DNA of 63,647 bases, the filler included, from Alloascoidea hylecoeti (taxonomy: Eukaryota), in NCBI GenBank assembly GCA_001600815.1. It is 10 parts of 8 records of this genome, joined end to end, with 100 filler letters (N's around TTAATTAATTAA, not from the genome) between each part and the next. Parts side by side here need not be neighbours in the genome. Positions count along the whole stretch, not along the records: positions 7,153 to 13,836 come from BCKZ01000003.1; positions 13,937 to 18,077 come from BCKZ01000005.1; positions 18,178 to 48,916 come from BCKZ01000006.1; 7 more parts are not named here. The stretch is one strand, 5' to 3'. The notes beneath the pieces are model-generated. The model was not told where the DNA came from and searched no databases. It worked only from the letters and a program-made list of their open reading frames with translations. Positions 12,797 to 24,960 of this stretch are shown here, one piece after another; position 1 is the stretch's first letter, and every line of letters starts with the position of its first letter. Position numbers and translations under genes: made by a program.

Positions 12797-13836
12797 ATGA
12801 GATTATTACGTTCTCATAAATCCTCGGAGTCGTCTACTACTTCAGTCACAGAACCTGTGTCAATCTCAAGAGAATTAAAATCTTTGGGTGAAAAAGATGA
12901 AAAAATTGATCCTTTTAAAGATTTACCACCAAACGAGGCCGATATATTACGTCGTCAAGTAGAAACCCCTGAATTTCATGCTTCAATTCACTCCTTATAT
13001 CGTTACATTGGCCAAGGAGGTGTTTGGGATTACGTCCTGTTAATTACAGCATATACATGTTCAATAATTGCTGGTGCTTTGCTACCTTTAATGACTATTA
13101 TTGTTGGTCGATTAACTCAAAAAATGGCTGATTTCATGGCTACTGGTGATGATCCTGATGGGTTCCAGCGTGATGTTAATCATTATGCCTTATATTTCCT
13201 TTATATAGGAATTGGAGTTAGTGTATTCGCATATTTACATACATGCTTACATGTCATTATTGGTGAATTGTTGACTAGTAGAGTTAGACAACNTTATTTA
13301 TATGCTATATTACATCAAAATATTGGATTCTTTGATGATATTGGAGCTGGTGAANTTACAGNAAGAATTAGTACTGATACAAGATTAATTCAGGATGGTA
13401 TTTCAGAAAANGCTGGTTTAATTGTTGAAGGTATAGCTCGATTTCTATCGGCTTTTGTAATTGGTTTCACTCAATCAGCTAAAATGACGGGTGTTTTAGT
13501 ATGCAGTATTATCGCTATNTTTGGTAGTATGGCGGTCGGTTCTAATTTCATAATGAAATATACAAACAAAAGTTTAGTTACCTATGCTGAAGCTTCATCT
13601 GTTGCAGAAGAAGTATTTTCTTCAATTAGAAATGTTGTTGCTTTTGGTACTCAAGCTCGTTTAGCAAATCAATATGATGAAAAAATTGTAACCTCTAGAT
13701 ACTGGGGCATTAGAAAAGGATTCTCTTTAGCTGGTATGATGGCACTGATGTGGTGCACATTGTATTTAACTTATTCATTGGCATTTTGGCAAGGATCTAG
13801 ATTTATTGCTTGGGGTGACATTAGTATTTCTGATGT
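12797..13836 (+). CDS. 5' part of ABCB/MDR ABC transporter, copy C (broken by gap)
   Basis: Close paralog of 6013-7052; the contig ends at the same nucleotide (ATTTCTGATGT). Confidence 0.93.
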
Positions 13837-14048
13837 NNNNNNNNNNNNNNNNNNNNNNNNNNNNNNNNNNNNNNNNNNNNTTAATTAATTAANNNNNNNN
13901 NNNNNNNNNNNNNNNNNNNNNNNNNNNNNNNNNNNNTTAAAACATTTTATTATTATTTTATCCTAAAACACTTATTCATATTTATACTTATTTTATTATT
14001 ATTATTATTGCCTTATTTTATTTCTTGAATGTTTCGAAGTAGCGAGAA

Positions 14049-14240
14049 TGTTGAAAATACTTCTTACATACTTCAATTTATTATTTAATATTTATAACTA
14101 TATTTACATATCTTATATACATAAATATTAATATAAAAGGAGACTAAATCCACCTTGGATTTAGTTCTCTATCCTATTTTTATTATAACCATCAGTGCTA
14201 TTAATGAGTGAAAAAGTAACAAAATTAATAACTTTAACCA
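14049..14240 (+). mobile_element. Short LTR-like element (TG...CA) of a Ty1/copia family
   Basis: Starts TGTTGAAAA and ends CA; has TATAAAAG plus stem-loop; 5' part matches 63492-63543, 3' part matches ~14668-14775. Confidence 0.7.
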
Positions 14241-14329
14241 AGAGTTTGGACAAAAATGCCTTCTTTAAACTTACAAATCAAATTATTAATTAATTATTCT
14301 TTATCTATGGATTTTATTTTATTACTGTC

Positions 14330-14525
14330 TTTATCTTATCAAAATTATCTTATTGTTATTATTCCTGTTATTTTATTCAAAATTATCTTATTAAGAATTA
14401 AAAAGCTATTATCTTATTGTTATTATTCATTTTATTATTATTCAAAATTATTTTATTAAGAATTAAAAAATTATTATCTTATTGGTATTATTATTTTATT
14501 ATTATTCAAAATTATCTTATTTTAT
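14330..14525. repeat. AT-rich imperfect tandem repeat (~65-bp unit)
   Basis: Repeated TTATTCAAAATTAT(C/T)TTATTAAGAATTAAAAA...TTATCTTATTG blocks. Confidence 0.7.
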
Positions 14526-14599
14526 CATTATCTTATTAACGCCAATTTTTTCTTTAACTACATTTATATTATTTAATTATTTTTGAATATTAAAAAGAA

Positions 14600-14775
14600 T
14601 GTTAAAAAATAATATTCAACAANAAAATAAATATTAAATAAACTATATAGATATATAAGAAAAATGAATATAAAAGAGACTAAATCCTCCTCAGTATTTA
14701 GATCTCTATCCTGTTTATCTTATAACCATCTCATACTATTAAAAGTAAAAAATTTACAAAATTAATACTTTACTC
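14600..14775 (+). mobile_element. LTR-like element pointing into the palindrome (mirror copy at ~17115-17293, minus strand)
   Basis: TG...CA ends and TATAAAAG; the mirror copy is preceded by the purine-rich tract AGAGTGGGGTGAA (PPT-like). Confidence 0.72.
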
Positions 14776-15115
14776 AAATGAAGGGTATCAATTTTAATAC
14801 CACATATTCACCAGTCTCTTCATATGACAGTTTTCGTACTCTTCTTGCCATTCACACTCAACATCCAGAACATATAATGGATGCATCAATCAATGCACTA
14901 AACTTCAATAAAAAAGAAACCACTAAATTACCCAATGTTCTTACTACTGTTCCCTTCTCAAACTCTTCCAATTCATCTGTTGACACTCAAGAAGACACAG
15001 TTATGAGAGACTTTCCTACATCAACTCCTAATAAAAAAGTAACAATCAATAGTCCTGAGTCAACACATGATTACATAGTTGAAAAAATAACAGATCAAAA
15101 AGAACTACCTAGTAA

Positions 15116-15540
15116 TTATAAACAATTGAATTTATTGTCAGTTCTTAAATGAATGATTGACTGATTATTGAAGGACAACAAATTGTTCATGCGTTTTAGT
15201 AGAACAATCAATTTATCAGATGCTTCTGCTTTGGATTGTAGAATATACCCCATTAGGAAACCAGTGTGACGATCACCGAGAATCAGACCATATTGTCCGT
15301 TGTTTGGACCAGAGATATCAGCACTAACATAAGAACCAGGTGATGTGGGTTTATCATCTTTGATTGGACCATGAGATAATTTAACTTGAGAAGCACAGAT
15401 GAGACAACTTTGTGCGATAGAACGTAATTCAGAGAGATTTAATTTCGGAAATTGGCCTTTAAGAGATTCAGGGGAAGCAATACCATTTTTAACATGAAGA
15501 TCCATTAAATTTGTTTTTTCTAATTTTAAAACGGTTTCAT
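15116..15540 (-). mobile_element. Ty1/copia integrase fragment (zinc-binding region and catalytic D,D); mirror copy 16350-16765 on plus strand
   Basis: LHVKNG..SP...CLIC...VSADISGP...IIHLRTDN. Confidence 0.9.
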
Positions 15541-15979
15541 GGAAATACCAGCACAATCTAATGTTTGGTATGGTCTTTCAAACGATCCAACAGTTAATGA
15601 TGCCGATAAAGTATTCATTGTCCAAGACGTTCCATTTATTTTAGACTCGGGATCAACCTGTCATCTAGTCAATGATGAAACACTATTGGAAAACGTTCTA
15701 GAATCAACTACATATGTTAAAGGAATTGATAATGTTGCATCAAAAGTCAAACAAGGCGATCTTACCATCGGTAATCTCACCTTACATGATGTAAAGGTAT
15801 ATCCAAAGTCGGATAAGAATATTATTTCAGGAGATCTTCTTACCAAACTTGGATATAATATAAATTTAAATCATAAACATGCAACTATTATGAAGGATAA
15901 TCAGATGATTCTAAAGGCGATAAAAAGAATCGATTTTGGGAAATTACTCCAAATGATTTCAAGAATGAAACCGTTTTAA
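15539..15979 (+). mobile_element. Ty1/copia aspartic protease fragment; partial mirror copy 15995-16351 on minus strand
   Basis: FILDSGSTCHLVND...LHDVKVYP...NIISGDLL. Confidence 0.9.
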
Positions 15980-17459
15980 AATAATTTAATGGATCTTCAT
16001 AATAGTTGCATGTTTATGATTTAAATTTATATTATATCCAAGTTTGGTAAGAAGATCTCCTGAAATAATATTCTTATCCGACTTTGGATATACCTTTACA
16101 TCATGTAAGGTGAGATTACCGATGGTAAGATCGCCTTGTTTGACTTTTGATGCAACATTATCAATTCCTTTAACATATGTAGTTGATTCTAGAACGTTTT
16201 CCAATAGTGTTTCATCATTGACTAGATGACAGGTTGATCCCGAGTCTAAAATAAATGGAACGTCTTGGACAATGAATACTTTATCGGCATCATTAACTGT
16301 TGGATCGTTTGAAAGACCATACCAAACATTAGATTGTGCTGGTATTTCCATGAAACCGTTTTAAAATTAGAAAAAACAAATTTAATGGATCTTCATGTTA
16401 AAAATGGTATTGCTTCCCCTGAATCTCTTAAAGGCCAATTTCCGAAATTAAATCTCTCTGAATTACGTTCTATCGCACAAAGTTGTCTCATCTGTGCTTC
16501 TCAAGTTAAATTATCTCATGGTCCAATCAAAGATGATAAACCCACATCACCTGGTTCTTATGTTAGTGCTGATATCTCTGGTCCAAACAACGGACAATAT
16601 GGTCTGATTCTCGGTGATCGTCACACTGGTTTCCTAATGGGGTATATTCTACAATCCAAAGCAGAAGCATCTGATAAATTGATTGTTCTACTAAAACGCA
16701 TGAACAATTTGTTGTCCTTCAATAATCAGTCAATCATTCATTTAAGAACTGACAATAAATTCAATTGTTTATAATTACTAGGTAGTTCTTTTTGATCTGT
16801 TATTTTTTCAACTATGTAATCATGTGTTGACTCAGGACTATTGATTGTTACTTTTTTATTAGGAGTTGATGTAGGAAAGTCTCTCATAACTGTGTCTTCT
16901 TGAGTGTCAACAGATGAATTGGAAGAGTTTGAGAAGGGAACAGTAGTAAGAACATTGGGTAATTTAGTGGTTTCTTTTTTATTGAAGTTTAGTGCATTGA
17001 TTGATGCATCCATTATATGTTCTGGATGTTGAGTGTGAATGGCAAGAAGAGTACGAAAACTGTCATATGAAGAGACTGGTGAATATGTGGTATTAAAATT
17101 GATACCCTTCATTTGAGTAAAGTATTAATTTTGTAAATTTTTTACTTTTAATAGTATGAGATGGTTATAAGATAAACAGGATAGAGATCTAAATACTGAG
17201 GAGGATTTAGTCCCTTTTATATTCATTTTTCTTATATATCTATATAGTTTATTTAATAATATTTATTTTGTTGTTGAATATTATTTTTTAACATTCACCC
17301 CACTCTATTATTTTCGAATACCGCCTACATAGCTAACTATATAAAGAGAGCAAAATCCCCTTCAAGTGGATTTTGCTTCTCTATCTTTTTCTTAATACAA
17401 TTTATATTACAACTACTTTTACAAACTTACAACTTATAAATTTTCTTATTGTGCCTCAA

Positions 17460-18034
17460 CCATCAGAGTAGACTTATGTTACCCAACAAATCTATCAACA
17501 AGGAAGTTGAAATCACCAACATTAGGAAATCTTAAACAAGCCAAGAAGATTCTAAACTTTGCAACTGCGAGTAAATTTGAAGGGAATGATTATAAAAAAG
17601 AAGATGTATTAAAGGTTAAAGTTATTGAACCAGATTTCATGAAAGAAAAAGAAGTTGACATAATCAAGTTAAATGATAAAATCACAATAACAACAGTAAC
17701 TGATGCCACTTGGGCTGATAGCAAAAGTGAATTAACTGCAGTTTGTTATGGAACTCGTCATGCCCTATATATGAGGAATCTACTTAATGAACTTAATATA
17801 GCTGTTAATCCTCTCAAAATAGTTAATGACAATCAATCAGCACTTATGATGGGAACACATAGCATTGGTAGAAATAAGCATATTGAAATTAAGTATTTCT
17901 TTACTAGACAATTGGTGGAAAATGGAAACATAAAACTTTATTATATTCAAACAAGTGAAAACGTTGCAGACCAACTTACAAAAAATCTGGAACACAACCA
18001 ATATAATTTATTCATAAATAAAATCATGAATTAA
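17460..18034 (+). mobile_element. Ty1/copia RT-end/RNase H fragment, internally deleted, downstream of another LTR-like piece (~17335-17400)
   Basis: TDATWADS, SELTA, DNQSAL, KHIEIKYFFTRQ, NVADQLTKNL. Confidence 0.88.
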
Positions 18035-18177
18035 AAATACTTTTAATACTTATTTGAAATCTAACTTCCTTATTTTANNNNNNNNNNNNNNNNNNNNNNN
18101 NNNNNNNNNNNNNNNNNNNNNTTAATTAATTAANNNNNNNNNNNNNNNNNNNNNNNNNNNNNNNNNNNNNNNNNNNN

Positions 18178-19036
18178 CAGAAGTTTGGGCAACAGCGGCT
18201 AATGATGATTGAACACTCTCAAATGATGAAAACTCAGATGGATAAATTGATGATGGATAAGTAACTGCTAAGGTACTGGCAACACCACCACTGGTAGACA
18301 AAATAGTGACTGCAGCAGTTGTGGTAAGAGATGCAACAAGAGTAGTTGGAACAGTGGATGACAATGTCACGGTACCGGGAGTAGAAACAACAACGGTAGN
18401 TCCAGAGTGTGTCAATGTGGTAGCATATGGGCAGTAAGTTACATAACGAGTAACAACATGGGCAACACTAGTTGTCTCCAAGACAGTAGAAACACTTGAA
18501 ACAATGGTAGATACCTTAGATTCAGCTGCAATTGAACTTACTCCAGCAGAATATTCCAATTCAACAGAAGTAGCAGAAGGAGTTGCTTCAGAATGTCCTT
18601 TTTGAGTTTTGGAAGTTTCTTGAGCAACACTTGTTGATTCAATACCAACTGAAAAACCGTAAGTAACTTCTACTTCAGCTGTTTGTGATGGATAACCGAA
18701 AGTCTTAAGATCTGATTGAGAATATGTGTAATCTTCGAAGCCACCAATGATGGTCCCCCCTGAACAGAGAGCAGTGGTGCTAAGAGCGACGGAAGCTGCA
18801 ATGGTTAAGTAGGCGCCTGCAGAAGCAGTATAAGTTGCACCACCTTGAGAAATAGTTGTAGCCTCTGGACAATATGTAACATAAGTAGTGACAGCGGTTG
18901 AAATGACGGTGGTTTCATAAACAGTACTTTCATCTGAAGCTTCATTGACTTGAGCGACAGCACTAGTGGTGGCTGCTTTGAAATGAGCCAAAGCAGAACC
19001 CACCAAAGCAAGGTTTGCAATGAAGGACAGCTTCAT
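18178..19036 (-). CDS. Secreted Ser/Thr-rich cell-wall protein, 3'-truncated by gap
   Basis: Signal peptide MKLSFIANLALVGSALA; two YVTYCP repeats typical of yeast cell-wall/flocculin-type proteins. Confidence 0.85.
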
Positions 19037-20056
19037 TGTATAGAATTCGAACTTTAACGATTAAAATATATAGATGAATCCAGCTCTTCTATATGATAAA
19101 GAAAGACTTAGTTTGAAAGAGTGTGTAGTTCTAAGATGGATCCAATTGAGAGAACACTAGTTGAGTTTAGCGTTCAAGAAGATCGTGATAGTTGTGATTA
19201 ATACGAAAAGAAAAAAGTAATTAAAAGAGCGATTATTCAGATATAAATAGTTTTTGCATTTTTAATAAGGAAACCGTGAGGAAGATATATTAAGGCGTCG
19301 CACGCGTTGAAGGACATGTTGTGGTTGTATCCATCTAGGCTTTAAGGCATACTGTAAAATTGTTTGAGCCCATTAAATATTAAATTGGTTTGATGTAATA
19401 ATTTTCAGGCTAAGCCTGTACGTTAGTAGCGGAGAGGATTACGAATTTTCAACTGCTATTGCAATTTCCTAGTGACGATATAAATAGATGAGGGCAAATC
19501 AGGTTATCGATATACATTACAGTCTCATAAAGTTGGCTAGTTTTAGTATATTCAGATTATGCCAATAGAAAAGAAAGCGGTATAATGGTACAATTGATTG
19601 GAAAGTACAATTGTTTCACCTAAGAATACATGATAATAAAGTAAGTAAACTGAAACAAATGCTGCATATGCATGTGAGGTGCTGAATTGGGTGCTTATAT
19701 AATCACTGTATGTACTACTTAGTCATATTTCCTAATCTACCGCGTTTTAACACGTGACGCGATAATGGCATGCGCATGTTCAAACAAATTAGTAGAAACC
19801 TCCATTTTTGTTCCGTCAAGTGCTTTGTCTTCTTTTCCCTGTTCCTTCCATTTTGCTTCCTCCACCCCCCCTGTTGGCTGTTTGGCCGGTTGCTTTCTTT
19901 TCCCGGTACAGACGTTTTCCCCACGATTTCTAATATCTCTTTTCCAACTAGTAAAAACCCTTAGATCTCTCACTTTGAATTTAAATTTGAATTCAGATCC
20001 TTATATCATTTAAATCAAAAAAAAAAAAAAAACATAAGCAAATTTTCACACACACA

Positions 20057-23000
20057 ATGTCCCGTACTCCGTCTTTATCAAACTCTCAGACGGAGGAGGA
20101 GGATGATGGCCCTCAAACTTGTCGAGAATGTAATCTGGTATGTTTTTTATTTTCCCTGTTTACCTCCCATTAATAGTTGGTACCTGATTCCATAATATTT
20201 CTTTTTTGCAAATCTTAAGTTTACGATTTGATCTAATAATTTTATTTTCATAGGCTCTCGGAGAAGGTCAAGCTTATGAATTGAGTACGTGTCTTGTGCT
20301 ATTTACTTTTGTGTTTATTTTTTATTTTCATTGGGACTAAAGACTAACTTATTACAGGCGGTTTTAGATGGCATATCGAATGTAAGTTTATATTTTTTAA
20401 TTTTATTTTCCGTACAAAGATGAAACTGAGACTTAAAAAAATCATAATTAAATAATATAAAACCTCTCGGAACGTTTTAGTTTTATTTTATAATTTTCAA
20501 CCACTTTATTAATCTCTATTATATTTGAATTTTTAGGTTTCACTTGTGCCAAATGTCAAAAATTACTGGATGGTGATTCCAATTTTTTAGTCCTTGAAGA
20601 TGGAACTTTAACATGTAATGAATGTTCATATAGATGTTTTGCTTGTAACAAAAAAATTGATGAATTTGCAATTATAACTGGTGAAAATGAAGCTTATTGT
20701 CCTGATTGTTTTAAATGTAGATTATGTTCTTCAAAAATAGACAATTTAAGTTATGTCAAAACTTCAAAAGGTTTAATTTGTTTAGAATGTCATTCAAAAT
20801 TAATTGCAAGGAGAAAAAGACATCAAGAACGAAAATTAGAAAGAGAACGAGAAAAAAGATATTTGGAACAATTAGCAGCTCAAGTTAAGAAACAACAACG
20901 TCAACTTGCACAAGATGGTCATATTCATCACTCAAATCATCATCAAAGACCAATAACACCAATTAATCAAAATAAAAAGTATTTTGAAAAATCTTTACCT
21001 GATTTACCTCCTTTACCTCCTAAAGACGATCCTAAGGATGAGATTTCGAATTCAAAAAGTTTAACAAGGTTAAATAACAATAACCTTTCAGCTTCGTTAC
21101 AATATAATCAAAAATCGAGAAGTGCTAATAATTTATCATCTATTGAAAATTCTCAACATAATAATGAAAAACCAAGGAGTTCAAATTATAAACCAGTTAC
21201 CAATAAACGTTCTTCATTCTTAGATCTTGAATTTTTAATTTCTGATAATTCAGATTTATTAACTTCTGAATCAACCGCGGCAGCAGCGGCTGTTGATTAT
21301 GATCTTCCAATTACTATTGAAGGTGATCATTCATCTAAAATACATTCAGAGAGAAGTTCAGTAGTTGATCATAATGATTCAAACAATCGTACAGCAAGTG
21401 ATGTTGATAAATTAGATATCACCGCTGATTTCATATCACAGTATGATGATGATGGTGTTGAACTTGAGAATGAAACAGAAGATATATCAAAGATTCTTGT
21501 TAAACCTGAACCATTACAATTAAATAAAAGAAGCGATAGTAGTTCAGGTATTCTTTCATATTATGAAAAAGATGATTTATCAATTAATGATGGTGGTCAA
21601 ATTATAACACAAGAAGTTGGATATAATACACTTAGATCACCTTATAATTCCGGAATTGTACAACCTGTAGCTGAAATCCCTTCTTCATCTGCTATGTCAA
21701 AATCTCAATCTCAATCTTCTGCTGCTGATGCTATTTTACAAAAGCAACATCGTAAGTTTTTCAGAAGAAGTACTGATAGTAAAGCAAATACAAATACAGT
21801 GGTTGGAAATGATGTACAAAAAAGTCATTCAAGAACTGCATCAGGTAGTTCAATTAAAACTCCAAAAACACCAAGAGGTACAAATAAATTATTTAATAGA
21901 TCTTCTTCATCATCTTCAGAACGTCGTCGGAATAAAAGTAGTAGTATTGGTAGTTCAAATGATTTGTATAATCGTATTTCTAATGGTTTATCACCTAGAT
22001 CATCATCAAATGCAAATTCACCAACTATTTCAAATCCAATTTTAAAATCTAGTTCAACTCCTTTTATTGATACAACAATTTCAAATACAGATGGAATGCT
22101 TGAACTTGATAAAATCATTGATCAATCAGAAAAAAGAAGTAGTTTAAATTCTAATTCTACTAATAACAATAACAATGATAATTCTTTTGATAATGAAGCA
22201 GTAATAACGTTAAAAAATGAATTAAAATTGGCAAAAAGAAAAATCCTTCAATTAGAAACTGAAAAGAATTTAATTCAAGATTTAACAAAATTAAAGAAAA
22301 CATTAAAGAATGATGTTAATTTATTATCAAATAAAAAATCAAAATTATTAAAAGAAATTATAATATTAGAAGATAAAAAATCAAAAACAATTGAAGATAA
22401 TGATTTATTGAATACTAAATACTTACAATTAACTAATTTACATAATGAATTAATTAAAGAAATGGATGAAAGATATACATCAATGGTTAATGAAATTGAT
22501 AATAAGATTACTTCTTATAAAACACCTGGTACCAAAACACCTGGTAAAGCTTCTTCTTCTCCCAAACTGCATACCACCACAGCGGCATTGCAAGAAACAG
22601 ATCCAATGTTAGAGGAAGAGTCGATTATTTCAAGCGCCGAAGTTATTGACACAAGAAAGGAAAGAGTTCATAGCAAACCAAGATTTTGGAAAAGACGTGG
22701 TGCTGCCGTTGCAAAAGGTTTTAATAAGGTGTTTACTAATGAGAACAATTTAACGCCAATGACAACTTATGGTTCAAGTTATGATGATGCTTCTAATGGC
22801 AGTACTCCTGTTACTGTATTAAGTCCTTCCACTAAAACATCAGGTAAATCCAATAATAATGGATTAAACATAGTTAACACTGGTAGTAATAAAAACGGTC
22901 CAAAACCACCTGAACCACCAGAGAAAATATTTGGTGCAAAATTAATCGAAAGAACAAAATTAGAAAATAGTAAGATTCCATTTATTGTCATAAGATGTAT

Positions 23001-23598
23001 TGAAGAAGTTGAATTGAAAGGTTTAGAACATGAAGGATTATATCGAAAATCTGGCGGTAAATCTCAAATGGAAACAATTGAAAATGCATTTATTAATACC
23101 ATTGCAAATACAAATAAAGAAGATGAAAATAAACAAGAAAGTGATAGTAATGATAATAAGACTATTAATCATGATGACTTAAGTAATATTATATCAAATT
23201 CAGATATTGATATAAATGCAATTACAAGTGTTTTGAAAAAATATTTTAGATATTTACCTGAACCAATTATAACAAATGATACATATGATAATTATATTAA
23301 AACATCAAAATTAAATGATAAACAAGGAAAAATTCAACATTTAAATGATTTAGTTCATTCATTACCAATTGAACATTATGAAACATTAAAATATTTAATG
23401 AAACATTTAAATCACGTTTCTTTATTTAAAGATATTAATTTAATGAATACAAGGAATTTAGCAGTTGTTTTTGCTCCTACTTTAGCAAGAGATCTAACTG
23501 GCGAAAGAGAAATTATTGATATGCAACCTAGAAATGAAGCGACTCAGTTATTAATTGAAAATGCTGAAGAAATATTTAATGATAATTATAAATTTTAA
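20057..23598 (+). CDS. RGA1: LIM-domain Rho GTPase-activating protein (Rga1/Rga2 type); exons 20057-20137, 20254-20284, 20358-20381, 20537-23598
   Basis: Spliced N-terminus gives two LIM Cys/His fingers; C-terminal RhoGAP (EGLYRKSG, LKKYFRYLPEP, NLAVVFAPTL); three GT-AG introns keep frame. Confidence 0.88.
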
Positions 23599-23878
23599 AT
23601 AAAATTCTCATGCTATAGTGTACGTTTGTGTTTTGTTTTATTTTGATTGTTTGATTATTTATTTTATTTACTACTATCAAACTGCAAGTACCTGTAATTC
23701 TTTTTCTTTTTTATTTAATATAATAATTAAATTATAACGTTGTTAACATTTTTATTTCGTACAATTAATATAAATTTTCCTAAAAATTGCAATTGGTATA
23801 TTAGTGGAGATAAGATACCCGGACATGATCACAAGTAAAATTGATAATCATTTGAAAAACGCAAACACAAACACAAAA

Positions 23879-24228
23879 ATGGGAGAAGTATCAGAATCAT
23901 CGGATCCATCGACGTTTCTGGCAGAGATAACAGGAGGTCAAGTTATTGTTAAACTACATTCTGGAGTCGAATATCAAGGTAAGTTTAACATAAACATGAA
24001 ATAATAAAATGATGAGCTAATAAGAAATGAAATAGGAGAATTACAATCAATTGATGGATATATGAACATTGTGCTTGAAGGAACAGAAGAATACGTTGAT
24101 GGAGATTTGAAAAGGAAATATGGAGATGTTTTCATCCGAGGAAATAATGGTGAGTATTTCCAAAACTATCATTTCACGTATAATATTTACTAATCATTTA
24201 CACAGTTTTATATATTTCGACCATTTAA
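23879..24228 (+). CDS. LSM6: Sm-like protein Lsm6, three exons
   Basis: DPSTFL...VIVKLHSGVEYQG/ELQSIDGYMNIVLE...YGDVFIRGNN/VLYIST; introns start GTAAGT and GTGAGT with CTAAT branch points. Confidence 0.9.
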
Positions 24229-24362
24229 TATTGAAAATAGTATGTAACAGTAATAAACAGTAGACGAACGCAACAGTTATGCCGTAACACCCGTGCACCC
24301 ATTTGTAAAAGTAAACCTCTTTTAAACAAATCACAAACTAGCAAATTCTCCAAAGAGCCAAA

Positions 24363-24892
24363 ATGTCCTTCATCGTCAGACGCCAACTTTCCACCCTCAT
24401 TCCTCCAAAGATCGCATCTGCCTCGGTATGTAATCATCATCAGTGGCATGAATTGTTTATGGAGTTAATTGTGTGGGAATCATGATTATTTGTCGACCTC
24501 ATGAACCTTCCCTAACTCCGGATCCGGAATCTGAATCTTATAATTCTAACGTTTATTTTATTCAATTTAGAACTTGGGATCAGCACCAAATGCCAAAAGA
24601 ATGGCAAATGTTGTTTCATTCTACAAGGCTCTTCCTCGTGGTGATGCACCAGCTTCCAAACCTGGTTTTTCATTAGTTGCAAGATATAAAGCCAAATATT
24701 TCAATGATGATGCTGCTTCTGGTAAACCATTACTCCATGTTTCTGCCGTTGTTTTGATTGTTGGATATTCTTTGGAATATTATTATCATCGTATGTTTTT
24801 AATTTATTTTTCCCGGAATTGATTTGAATTGAACTGGTTACTAACTTTGTTATGATATAGTTCGTCACCATAAAGATGGAGGAGAGCATTAA
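24363..24892 (+). CDS. ATP17: Mitochondrial ATP synthase subunit f; exons 24363-24425, 24571-24790, 24861-24892
   Basis: RRQLSTLIPPKIASAS/NLGSAPNAKRMANVVSFYKALPRG...YYH/LRHHK. Confidence 0.93.
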
Positions 24893-24960
24893 ATTTAATG
24901 TTGATAGATGATATATAATTAAACAAATCTATATACAAAAATAAAATATAATATCATACA

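Larger units (their letters stand above)
14597..17296. repeat. Long palindrome of Ty1/copia fragments: arms 14597-15895 and 15995-17296, 99-nt loop
   Basis: Mirror-image ORF pairs (14778+/17112-, 15556-/16334+, 15539+/16351-); small differences seen in the outer LTR part (one substitution, one 3-bp indel). Confidence 0.97.
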
